This document shows, piece after piece, positions 38,731 to 47,660 of a stretch of 64,000 nt of DNA. How positions within the stretch are numbered: the first letter of the stretch is position 1; every line of letters starts with the position of its first letter. The stretch lies in NCBI GenBank assembly GCA_965202915.1, contig OZ241847.1, positions 181,565-245,564 on the forward strand. Reading direction: 5' to 3'. The DNA is from Gammaproteobacteria bacterium. Lineage in GTDB: Bacteria; Pseudomonadota; Gammaproteobacteria; Eutrophobiales; Eutrophobiaceae. The notes below the pieces were generated by a model. It worked only from the letters and a program-made list of their open reading frames with translations, was not told the origin of the DNA and did no database searches. Position numbers and translations under genes: made by a program.

Positions 38731-39477
38731 TCAGTATTTTGCAATACAATCACTGATCCGCATCATCGTGAATCCATCCGCATATACCAGCACGTTATCG
38801 CGTTGATACCAATCGCCCAGGACGATACGTTTGGCCGCTGCGCCATTTAGTTTAAATTCATGCACCCGGCATTGGTGAGTGTGGCCATGAATCAGGGTAG
38901 TTACCCGGTATTGACGCATTATCTTTAGTACCGTGTCATGCTCGGCGTCGATCATTTTGACGGATTTGTCCCTGACCAGCCGCTTGGTATAGGAGCGGGT
39001 GCGATGGGCAAGCAATTTGCGCAGGCTGACGGGCAGCGACATAAATGACTTTTCAACGATGGGGAGGGTAATAAATTTACGATAACGCTGATAAGGCTTG
39101 TCCAGGGTGCACAGTTTGTCGCCGTGCATGAGCAGTATTTTTTCATTATCAAGTTCGATCAGCGTCGGATCGGGGAGCAATTTGCAACCGGTTTGCCGGG
39201 CAAATTCATCATTCAGATAAAAATCGCGATTGCCGCGCAATATGAATAATTGCGTACCGGTTTGGCGCCCGTATTTTGACAGCAATGAAATAATCGTGCG
39301 GTTGGGTTCCGCCGGATCATCGGTGCCGATCCAGAATTGCTCAAATATATCGCCCAATATGTACACCGCCCGCGCCCTGGTTGCCGGGCCCGCCAGAAAT
39401 TCGCCCAGGAGTTGAATTTTTTCCGGTCGTTCAGCGGCCAGGTGCAGATCCGAAATAAACAACAACAGCCCGTCCAT
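38731..39477 (-). CDS. lpxH: UDP-2,3-diacylglucosamine diphosphatase
   Basis: Contains FISDLHL, ILGDIF, GNRDF, HGD and GHTH calcineurin-like motifs in the LpxH arrangement. Confidence 0.93.
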   Translation of the reverse strand: MDGLLLFISDLHLAAERPEKIQLLGEFLAGPATRARAVYILGDIFEQFWIGTDDPAEPNRTIISLLSKYGRQTGTQLFILRGNRDFYLNDEFARQTGCKLLPDPTLIELDNEKILLMHGDKLCTLDKPYQRYRKFITLPIVEKSFMSLPVSLRKLLAHRTRSYTKRLVRDKSVKMIDAEHDTVLKIMRQYRVTTLIHGHTHQCRVHEFKLNGAAAKRIVLGDWYQRDNVLVYADGFTMMRISDCIAKY

Positions 39478-39650
39478 CGATGATCACCTCTTCAATTTGC
39501 CGATTCCAGCTTGCTTGCCCGCGTTGCTGATATATGGGCGCAATAATTCAGGCCAGACTATGTACACGGCTTATGGACCTGTCAAATTTTTTTGTGAACG
39601 CGCGCGCTTTGCACTAATATACCCGCTCCATCATCTGCGACTGCCACCTC

Positions 39651-41036
39651 ATGCTGGTAATATATAATAGTTTAACGAAAACCAAGCAAATATTTGAACC
39701 GATCACGCCCGGACAGGTGCGGATGTACGTCTGCGGTATGACCGTGTACGATTATTGCCACCTGGGTCACGCCAGGGTGATGGTGGTGTTTGACATGATT
39801 GCACGCTACCTTAGGGAGCAGAATTATCGGGTCAACTATGTTCGCAATATTACCGATATCGATGACAAGATCATTAACCGCGCCAATGAGAATAACGAAC
39901 CGATAGAGGCCCTGACCGGGCGTTTCATTGCCGCAATGCATCAGGACGCCGCGGCCCTGGGGGTATTGCCGCCGGATCAGGAGCCCAGGGCAACCGAGCA
40001 TATCGATCAGATCATTGCGATGATCACGGCCTTAATCGACAACGGATACGCCTATCACGCCGATAATAATGACGTTTATTTTAACGTCAGCCGGGCCCGC
40101 AAGTACGGCGTATTATCGGGCAAGAATATAGACGAACTCAGGGCCGGGGAGCGTGTTGCAGTCCGGCAGGGTAAGGATGATCCGCTTGATTTTGTATTGT
40201 GGAAGGCCTCCAAACCGAATGAACCCTGCTGGGATTCCCCCTGGTGCAAGGGCCGACCGGGTTGGCATATAGAATGCTCGGCGATGTCGACTCATTGTCT
40301 GGGGGATCATTTTGATATTCACGGCGGTGGCCGGGACCTGCAGTTTCCGCACCATGAAAATGAGATAGTGCAATCCGAATGCGCCACCGGCGAGTCGTTT
40401 GTCAACGTCTGGGTCCACAATGGGTTTGTGCGGGTGGATGAGGAAAAGATGTCGAAGTCATTAAATAATTTTTTTACCGTCAGGGAACTGCTCAGCCGGT
40501 ATCCGGCGGAGGTGCTGCGCTTTTTTATCCTTTCCAGTCATTATCGCAGTCCGCTCGGTTATAGCGCCGAGGTTCTGCAGGCGGCCAAACTTGGGTTAAG
40601 CGGTCTTTATACCTGCCTCAGGGACGGCGATATCGATAATGCCGCCGATACGGCCCCGGATAAAACCTACCTGGCGCGGTTTAATGAGGCGATGGATGAC
40701 GATTTTAATACCGTCAGGGCGATAGCCCTGCTGCATGAGCTGGCCCACGCCGCCCATCGCGCGGGCAAAGGCTCGGAAACATCGCGCCGTTGCGTGGCCA
40801 CGTTAAAACGTCTCGGCGCCGTGCTGGGTTTATTGCAGGATGATCCACTGGAATTTCTCCAGCGCGGCAATCAAGCCGTCGACGCCGACGCCATTCAGGC
40901 GTTAATCGACCAGCGCAATCAGGCCCGTGCGGATAAGGATTTTGTTCGCGCCGACCGTATCAGGGAACAGCTTACCAGGCAGGGCATCGCCCTTGAAGAT
41001 ACCGCCAACGGAACGCTTTGGCGAAGTGCGCAGTGA
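39651..41036 (+). CDS. cysS: Cysteine-tRNA ligase
   Basis: 461 aa. Contains [18 protein letters not shown] (HIGH) and KMSKSLNN (KMSKS), plus zinc ligands. Confidence 0.97.
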   Translation: MLVIYNSLTKTKQIFEPITPGQVRMYVCGMTVYDYCHLGHARVMVVFDMIARYLREQNYRVNYVRNITDIDDKIINRANENNEPIEALTGRFIAAMHQDAAALGVLPPDQEPRATEHIDQIIAMITALIDNGYAYHADNNDVYFNVSRARKYGVLSGKNIDELRAGERVAVRQGKDDPLDFVLWKASKPNEPCWDSPWCKGRPGWHIECSAMSTHCLGDHFDIHGGGRDLQFPHHENEIVQSECATGESFVNVWVHNGFVRVDEEKMSKSLNNFFTVRELLSRYPAEVLRFFILSSHYRSPLGYSAEVLQAAKLGLSGLYTCLRDGDIDNAADTAPDKTYLARFNEAMDDDFNTVRAIALLHELAHAAHRAGKGSETSRRCVATLKRLGAVLGLLQDDPLEFLQRGNQAVDADAIQALIDQRNQARADKDFVRADRIREQLTRQGIALEDTANGTLWRSAQ

Positions 41037-41109
41037 TCATTTGAACCTGCCGGTGGCGATTGACGCGCCCGGATTGGAGGCGTATCATCGCTGCCGGCAA
41101 CGGAACGTG

Positions 41110-41186
41110 CGGGGCATGGCGCAGTCTGGTAGCGCATCTGCTTTGGGAGCAGAGGGTCGGGGGTTCAAATCCCTCTGCCCCGACCA
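41110..41186 (+). tRNA. tRNA-Pro (anticodon UGG)
   Basis: Cloverleaf CGGGGCA...TGCCCCGACCA. Anticodon loop TTTGGGA and T-loop GTTCAAAT. Confidence 0.9.
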
Positions 41187-41222
41187 AATTTATCCGGCAC
41201 CGGGTCGGTCCGAGATTGACGT

Positions 41223-41299
41223 GCGCCTGTAGCTCAACCGGATAGAGCACCGGCCTTCTAAGCCGGGGGTTAGAGGTTCGAGCCCTCTCGGGCGCGCCA
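41223..41299 (+). tRNA. tRNA-Arg (anticodon UCU)
   Basis: Cloverleaf GCGCCTG...CGGGCGCGCCA. Anticodon stem-loop CCGGC-CTTCTAA-GCCGG. Confidence 0.9.
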
Positions 41300-41381
41300 T
41301 GAATGGGTCGGAACCGGATCGCGATCCATATTACAAAATGGAGCATGGCCAATGTCCGCAGTAATTTTGTCGATCAACGTT

Positions 41382-41458
41382 GGTGACTGTAGCTCAGTTG
41401 GTAGAGCCCCGGTTTGTGGTACCGGCCGTCGTGGGTTCGAGTCCCATCAGTCACCCCA
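41382..41458 (+). tRNA. tRNA-His (anticodon GUG) with encoded G-1
   Basis: GGTGACTG...CAGTCACCCCA with anticodon loop TTGTGGT. The extra 5' G is typical of bacterial tRNA-His. Confidence 0.9.
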
Positions 41459-41478
41459 GTTTATCGATTTGTTTCGAT

Positions 41479-41554
41479 GGGCCGTTAGCTCAGCTGGTAG
41501 AGCAGGGGACTCTTAATCCCAAGGTCATAGGTTCGACCCCTATACGGCCCACCA
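41479..41554 (+). tRNA. tRNA-Lys (anticodon CUU)
   Basis: GGGCCGT...ACGGCCCACCA with anticodon loop CTCTTAA and T-loop GTTCGAC. Confidence 0.9.
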
Positions 41555-41615
41555 TCCAAGCGAGTCGGGTGCGGGGTGCTGATTTTTCCGGTATCCCGGT
41601 GGCGTCAAAAAACAC

Positions 41616-41644
41616 TTGCCGGCGGCGATGGAATATGCTATGAT
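41616..41644 (+). promoter_or_regulatory. Possible sigma70 promoter of the giant repeat-protein gene
   Basis: TTGCCG (41616-41621), a 17-nt spacer, then TATGAT (41639-41644). It lies 25 nt upstream of the first ATG. Confidence 0.3.
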
Positions 41645-41669
41645 TCTCAGCCGTTTGATAGTGTAATCA

Positions 41670-44600
41670 ATGATTGAGGTAACGTACGTGACTGAGATAG
41701 GAATGGATACATATCGCACTGGGCACAAACTCCCGACTGGCCTGGGTTCCGGGGCTACCCCCCCCCCCCCCCCCCCCCCCCCGCATCCAGAGGGCCCTCG
41801 CGGGTACTTCAAGTATAAGTGCTTCGCTTTACCCCGCCGGATATTTTCGCTCCTCGGTCTGCTTGCGCTGGCTTTGTTGCCGCCGCAGTCCCTGGCGCAG
41901 ACTACTACTACCTATTCCAGTAACGACACGCCGGTTAATATACAGCGGGGCTTTGACTTTAATAACTTCGGCCCGCCTGCAGACAGTAATATAATAATCA
42001 CAGACGATAGGACTATAAGTACGATCTCTGTCTCTCTTGATATAAATTATCCTGTTGGGTCAGGACTTACTATTGAGCTGAGAGCGCCCGATGGTTCCAA
42101 TATCATACTTGTTGCTGATGCGTTCAGCCGCTTTATGCCGACCTACACTGAAACCTCCGGACTTGTAGCGCTTGTCGGTACCCGCACAGCCGGCATGTGG
42201 AGGTTGAGGGTCAGGTCACAGGAACCATTCCGAGGCATGATAAACAGTTGGTCCATAAGCGTTACCTCGCCGGGCGCCGCCCCGACCTTCGGTACTGAGA
42301 CCATCTCCCCCCAGCAGTACGCCACTGAGGGCGCCATCACCCCGTTGACCCTGCCGGCGGCCACCGGCGGTGATGGTACGCTCAGCTACAGCATTGTTGA
42401 ACCCCTGCCGGATGGGCTGTCATTTGACGCCACCACCCGCATTCTAAGCGGCATACCGAGCGCCGGCACTGAACAAGCGGCCTCGCGCTATACCTACCGG
42501 GCCGAGGATAGCGATGGTGACGTAGCGGGTTTATTGTTCACCATCGCGATTAGACCCAGAGTGACCTTTGGCAGTGCGACCATCGCCCCCCAGAATTACA
42601 GCACCGGTGCACCCATCACCCTGCTGACCCTGCCGGAAGCCAGCGGCGGCAACCCGCCGCTCAGTTACAGCATTGTTGAAGCCCTGCCGGATGGGCTGAC
42701 ATTTGACGCCACCACCCGCACCCTGAGCGGTACACCGGAGGCCGGACAACCAGCCTTGACCTATACCTACCGGGTGACGGATACCGTTAACATAACGGCA
42801 GATTTGACCTTCACCATCGAGATTACAGACACCCCGGTCGCCATGGACTTCACGGCGGACCTGTACCGAGACCCTGACGTATTCACAACGCCCACCGTCA
42901 CCATCGACTTTAACGATTTGATTGCTGATGGCACCACCTCTGATGCGGACTTGGTGGTGACCCTCATGGACTTTACCAACCCCAGCGTCATGCTGGTCAG
43001 TGGCGGCGAGATCGATGCCGCCACTGACGTCCTGACCCTGGACAGTACCAAGCTGCTGGAAGTCTCCAGCGTCGCCGGCACCGATCTCGCCCCCCATACG
43101 TTCCGCTATACCGTGACCGACGAGGGCCGCAATACCGCGACCGCCAACCTGACCCTGCGCATCGATGAGCGGCCAACCCTTTCCTATATTAATACCGAGT
43201 TTAACGTATCCGGTCGATTCATCATGTTGGGCACGGAGCCTAGCGGCGGGCGTGAACTTCTGACGCCCACGAACAGCCACACCCCGCATGGCGAGGAATT
43301 GAGAGTTGTTGCAGTGCCTAATCTTGCCAATTCTAATTTTAGGAGGCGTTTTGATCCCGTTGACGGTCGGACCATTAATGTGCTCTATACGTTTACTCCC
43401 GGCTTTACCGGTCGCGTCAGCGGCACGTTCACCGTAGGTTTATACGCCACGGCCAACTCTATTGCCAACACCATCATCCCGCTGATGAATGCCGACGTTG
43501 TTGCCGGAGACCTGCTCATCTCTGCCAGCGCAACCTTCACCTTCATTGTCCCCAGCGCCCCACCGGTGCTCACGCCGCCCGTCGTGGCCAACCCCTATCC
43601 GCCCAACCAGGAGATTGAACTGCGCTTCAGCGCCACCGATGCGGAAAACCATGCACTCAGCTTCTCCCTGGAGGCAGTTACGGGCAGTCCCCGTACCCTG
43701 CCGGCCAATGCAACCTTTGCCCCGACCGAGGCACAAGCACCCCCGGCCACCGCCACCTTCACCTGGACCCCCACCGGCGCGGACGCGGGCACCTACCGCT
43801 TTAACGTCGTCGCCACTGAAACCACGACCGCGCTCAATACAGCGCCGGCCACCACCCGCTTCCAGGTCATGCTGGTCATCGCATCGCCGCTCACCTTCAG
43901 TGGCACCACCAGCGGCGCGGTCACCGAGAACGCCCGGACCAACACCGCCGGCGGCACCCTGATGATTGAGGACCTGGCAGGTGGCGACGAAAACTTTGCG
44001 GTACAAAACGAGGTCGGCACCTACGGCACCTTCTCCATTAATGCCAACGGCGTCTGGACTTACACCCTGGACAATGCCGACGACGACACCAATGCGCTGG
44101 CCGAAAGCACCACCGTCACCGACGTCTTCACCGTCGCGGCCAATGCCCGGCCCAGCGCCACCCAGGACGTTACCATTACCATCACCGGCGCCAACGACGC
44201 CCCCACCGCCACCATCAGCGCACCGCTGAACAACGTCGAGGTCGGCACCAGTACCGTGGTCACACTCACCGGCACCGGCAGCGACCCGGACACCGGCGAC
44301 GCGATCACCCGCTATGCGTGGAGCGCCAGCCCCGCCCAGGGCAGCTTTGCCGATGCCTCCATGGCCGACACCACCTGGACCGCACCGTCTGGCGTGGGGA
44401 ACGTCGTCCTGACCCTGACGGTCACCGACGGCAACGACGCCACCGACAGTGCCACCATTACCGTCCGAGTGGTGCCGGTACCGGTCACCATCACCGGCGA
44501 CGTCATCGGTGCCGTGACCGAAGACCGGGGTGGCTTCAACCGAGCGATGGGCGACCTGAACATTACCACCAGGGCCACCTTGAGCACCTTCGTCCCGCAA

Positions 44601-47291
44601 ACCGACGTATCCGGCACCTACGGTACCTTCTCCATTAATGCCGACGGCATGTGGACCTACGACATCGACAATAGTCGTGCCGCCACCCAGAACCTGGCCG
44701 AGGGTGCCATGGCCGACGACGTCTTCACCGTCGTCGCGGCCGCCCGCAACACCGCCACGGCAATCGTCACCATCACCGTCACCGGCACCAATGAGCAGCC
44801 CACCGCCACCATCAGCGCCCCGACGAACGGTGCGACGGTGAATGCCGGTGTCCCGGTCCCGCTCACCGGCACCGGCACCGACGTCGACACCGGCGACTCA
44901 ACCCTTTTAAGTTACCAGTGGAGTACCACGTCCCCGACCCAGGGCAGTTTCGCCAATGCCACTCAGTCCACCACCACCTGGACCCCGTCGGACACTGCGG
45001 TGGACACCGACGTCACGCTGACCCTGACCGTCACCGATGCCAGCGGCGCCGCCAATGACTCCGCAACCGCCACGGTCACCGTCCGGGTAACGGAAGCAAC
45101 GCTCACCATCAGCGGCGACACCGCGGGCGCGGTCACCGAAGATGATGACGCCAGCAACGTCGCGAGCGGCGCTCTGGGCATTACCACCCCCCTCGCTGAC
45201 GACACCTTTGCGGCACAAAACGAGGTGGGCACCTACGGCACCTTCACCATCGCTACCAACGGCGTCTGGAGCTACACCCTCAACGACGACGATGAAGACA
45301 CCAATATGCTGGCCGAAGGCGCCCCCACCGTCACCGACGTCTTCACCGTCACGGCCAATGCCCGGCCCAGTGCCACCCAGGACGTCACCATTACCATCAC
45401 CGGTGCCAACGACGCCCCCACCGCCACCATCAGCGCACCGCCGAACAACGTCGAGGTCGGCACCAGTACCGTGGTCACACTCACCGGTGCCAACAGCAGC
45501 GACCCGGACACCGGCGACGCGATCACCCGCTATGCGTGGAGCGCCAGCCCCGCCCAGGGCAGCTTTGCCGATGCCTCCATGGCCGACACCACCTGGACCG
45601 CACCGTCTGGCGTGGGGAACGTCGTCCTGACCCTGACGGTCACCGACGGCAACGACGCCACCGACAGTGCCACCATTACCGTCCGGGTGGTGCCGGTACC
45701 GGTCACCATCACCGGCGACGTCATCGGTGCCGTGACCGAAGACCGGGGTGGCTTCAACCGAGCGATGGGCGACCTGAACATTACCACCACGGCCGTCTTG
45801 AGCACCTTCGTCCCGCAAACCAACGTATCCGGCACCTACGGCACCTTCTCCATTAATGCCGACGGCATGTGGACCTACGACATCGACAATAGTCGTGCCG
45901 CAACCCAGAACCTGGCCGAGGGCGCCATGGCCGATGACGTCTTCACCGTCGTCGCGGCCGCCCGCGCCACCGCCACGGCAATCGTCACCATCACCGTCAC
46001 CGGCGCCAATGAGCAGCCCACCGCAAGCATCAGCGCACCGACGGACGGTGCGACGGTGAATGCCGGCGTCCCGGTCGCGCTCACCGGCATCGGTACCGAC
46101 GTCGACACCGGCGACCCGGCCAGTCTGAGTTACCAGTGGAGTACCACGCCCCCGAACCAGGGCAGTTTCGCCAATGCCACCCTGGCCACCACCACCTGGA
46201 CCCCGTCGGACACCGCGGTGGGCACCGACGTCACGCTGACCCTGACCGTCACCGATACCAGCGGTGCCGCCAACGACACCGCGACTGCCACGGTCACCGT
46301 GCGGGTAACGGCAACGACGCTCACCATCAGCGGCACCGCCACCACCGGCGCGGTCACCGAAGATGATAACGCCAACAACACCGCAAGCGGCGACCTGGAC
46401 ATAGCCACCACCCTCGCTGACGCCACCTTCGTCCCGCAAACCAACCTGTCCGGCGTCTACGGCTTTTTCTCCATTGATGCCGACGGCAACTGGAATTACC
46501 GGCTGGACAACGATGACGTCGACACCCAGGCCCTGGCCTCGGACGCCACCGCCCCCGACGTCTTTACCGCACGGGCCAGTGCCCGGCCCGGCGTCACTCA
46601 GGCCGTCACCCTCACCATCACCGGCGCTAATGACGCGCCCACCGTGACCATCGATACGCCGGCGGATGACACCGCAACCAGCGTCGGCAACCCGGTCACG
46701 CTCACCGCCACCGGCGCTGACGTCGACACCGGCGATGAGGCTGGTCTGCGCTACCAGTGGAGTACCACGCCCCCAAACCGGGGCAGTTTCGGCAATGCCA
46801 CCGCCGCCAACACCACCTGGACTGCACCGACCACCCCCGGTAACGTCATGCTGACCGTGACCGTCACCGATACCAGCGGCGCCGCCAACGACGCCGCTAC
46901 CGCTACCGTCACCCTCATCATCGACACGACGATGTTCCTGCCGGACCTGAGCGGCAACGGTGATTTGCAGGCGTCGGACGCCCAGATATTGTATTACCTC
47001 GGGCTGCCACCGTCGCCGAGCAGGACTCGTTTGCTGGATAGTCTGGGGGTCTCGGCCGACATGGTCGACCAGGTCAACGCCCGTGCGGAAAACTGGCAAA
47101 ATCAGGAGCCGCTGTCGGACCTCAACGGTAACGGCGAAAGGGACCGGCAGGACGCCCAAATTCTTTACTACACGGCACGCTTTGGCCCCCTGCTGGAGGT
47201 CAGCCCGACACTGTTGCAGGCGGTGCTGGGTGATTTGGCGAGGAACCCGACCGCGGCACTGAACAACGCCCGCAGGTTGCTTAACCGCTGA
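41670..47291 (+). CDS. Giant secreted repeat protein (putative adhesin, 1873 aa)
   Basis: Sec-type signal RRIFSLLGLLALALLPPQSLA-Q. P-domain pattern at about 41990-42270 (ISVSLDINYPVGSGLTIELRAPDGS...GMWRLRV...INSWSISV). Ig-like repeats (LSYSIVEPLPDGLSFDATTRILSG). Six modules alternate a VCBS-like motif (GTYGTFSINANGVWTYTLDN...ITGANDAPTA) with a PKD-like motif (TGTGSDPDTGD...YAWS...LTLTVTD). The C-terminus holds a dockerin-like EF-hand pair. Confidence 0.9.
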   Translation: MIEVTYVTEIGMDTYRTGHKLPTGLGSGATPPPPPPPPHPEGPRGYFKYKCFALPRRIFSLLGLLALALLPPQSLAQTTTTYSSNDTPVNIQRGFDFNNFGPPADSNIIITDDRTISTISVSLDINYPVGSGLTIELRAPDGSNIILVADAFSRFMPTYTETSGLVALVGTRTAGMWRLRVRSQEPFRGMINSWSISVTSPGAAPTFGTETISPQQYATEGAITPLTLPAATGGDGTLSYSIVEPLPDGLSFDATTRILSGIPSAGTEQAASRYTYRAEDSDGDVAGLLFTIAIRPRVTFGSATIAPQNYSTGAPITLLTLPEASGGNPPLSYSIVEALPDGLTFDATTRTLSGTPEAGQPALTYTYRVTDTVNITADLTFTIEITDTPVAMDFTADLYRDPDVFTTPTVTIDFNDLIADGTTSDADLVVTLMDFTNPSVMLVSGGEIDAATDVLTLDSTKLLEVSSVAGTDLAPHTFRYTVTDEGRNTATANLTLRIDERPTLSYINTEFNVSGRFIMLGTEPSGGRELLTPTNSHTPHGEELRVVAVPNLANSNFRRRFDPVDGRTINVLYTFTPGFTGRVSGTFTVGLYATANSIANTIIPLMNADVVAGDLLISASATFTFIVPSAPPVLTPPVVANPYPPNQEIELRFSATDAENHALSFSLEAVTGSPRTLPANATFAPTEAQAPPATATFTWTPTGADAGTYRFNVVATETTTALNTAPATTRFQVMLVIASPLTFSGTTSGAVTENARTNTAGGTLMIEDLAGGDENFAVQNEVGTYGTFSINANGVWTYTLDNADDDTNALAESTTVTDVFTVAANARPSATQDVTITITGANDAPTATISAPLNNVEVGTSTVVTLTGTGSDPDTGDAITRYAWSASPAQGSFADASMADTTWTAPSGVGNVVLTLTVTDGNDATDSATITVRVVPVPVTITGDVIGAVTEDRGGFNRAMGDLNITTRATLSTFVPQTDVSGTYGTFSINADGMWTYDIDNSRAATQNLAEGAMADDVFTVVAAARNTATAIVTITVTGTNEQPTATISAPTNGATVNAGVPVPLTGTGTDVDTGDSTLLSYQWSTTSPTQGSFANATQSTTTWTPSDTAVDTDVTLTLTVTDASGAANDSATATVTVRVTEATLTISGDTAGAVTEDDDASNVASGALGITTPLADDTFAAQNEVGTYGTFTIATNGVWSYTLNDDDEDTNMLAEGAPTVTDVFTVTANARPSATQDVTITITGANDAPTATISAPPNNVEVGTSTVVTLTGANSSDPDTGDAITRYAWSASPAQGSFADASMADTTWTAPSGVGNVVLTLTVTDGNDATDSATITVRVVPVPVTITGDVIGAVTEDRGGFNRAMGDLNITTTAVLSTFVPQTNVSGTYGTFSINADGMWTYDIDNSRAATQNLAEGAMADDVFTVVAAARATATAIVTITVTGANEQPTASISAPTDGATVNAGVPVALTGIGTDVDTGDPASLSYQWSTTPPNQGSFANATLATTTWTPSDTAVGTDVTLTLTVTDTSGAANDTATATVTVRVTATTLTISGTATTGAVTEDDNANNTASGDLDIATTLADATFVPQTNLSGVYGFFSIDADGNWNYRLDNDDVDTQALASDATAPDVFTARASARPGVTQAVTLTITGANDAPTVTIDTPADDTATSVGNPVTLTATGADVDTGDEAGLRYQWSTTPPNRGSFGNATAANTTWTAPTTPGNVMLTVTVTDTSGAANDAATATVTLIIDTTMFLPDLSGNGDLQASDAQILYYLGLPPSPSRTRLLDSLGVSADMVDQVNARAENWQNQEPLSDLNGNGERDRQDAQILYYTARFGPLLEVSPTLLQAVLGDLARNPTAALNNARRLLNR
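41758..41782 (+). repeat. Homopolymeric tract of 25 C inside the 5' end of the giant gene (translated as Pro8)
   Basis: Direct count: ccc at 41758-41760 plus 22 c at 41761-41782. It lies downstream of all candidate start codons (41670, 41688, 41703) and upstream of the signal peptide. Confidence 0.95.
43890..46925 (+). repeat. Intragenic tandem repeat array: about 609-nt modules organised as about 1.2-kb super-repeats (period 1215/1218 nt), two copies nearly identical
   Basis: Off-frame track ORFs recur at an exact +1218 offset (44318 vs 45536; 44312 vs 45530; 44638 vs 45856). Hand alignment of 44121-44330 with 45336-45548 shows only a few substitutions and one 3-nt indel. Confidence 0.9.
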
Positions 47292-47303
47292 TCCGGTCAC
47301 GGA

Positions 47304-47435
47304 GATGAGGAAAAGCAGTGCCTGACCGTATGCAGGCGGTGAGGTCAGGACTGTACGCTCAATCCGCGCACCGGCGCCCGCAAATGCAGACGGGTTTGCA
47401 GGCAGTTCGGTGAGGAATGCTTTGCTGACTTATGA
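47304..47435 (+). pseudogene. Nonsense-mutated remnant of the C-terminal half of the twin-CX3CX6C protein gene
   Basis: Hand alignment with 51301-51420 gives 9 mismatches in 120 nt. The Trp codon TGG of the intact copy is TGA here (47340-47342). There is no start codon or signal peptide upstream. Confidence 0.75.
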
Positions 47436-47660
47436 GAGTTGTTCACCATACTTAGGCGGGTCATTGCCGCGACCGGTTTCTCCGCGGGGGCGCCAATAGG
47501 GTGAATTTGAGCGGCCTCACCGATGCAGGAACTATACGCCCCTATCGGTGCATTTCGAGGTTGCCATGACGATAAGACGGCAGTGAAAGTTACGATCTTA
47601 TACTGATTTGGCTTCTCAGTTTTCTCAACCGCTAATGACTATTTCTTTTAAGTGGTTCTT

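Noticed and set aside
40919-41352. ORFs of 61-126 aa overlapping the tRNA-Pro/Arg region.
   Set aside because: They run through well-folded tRNA genes and are artefacts of ORF calling.
42531-47300. Very long antisense ORFs inside the giant gene (for example 44907-47300, 797 aa; 43440-44600, 386 aa; 42531-43289, 252 aa), plus many 60-160 aa ORFs in the other frames.
   Set aside because: They are Gly/Arg/Asp/Val low-complexity translations of a GC-rich repetitive coding strand. They repeat with the same 1218-nt period as the sense gene and have no start context or recognisable domains. They are shadow ORFs.
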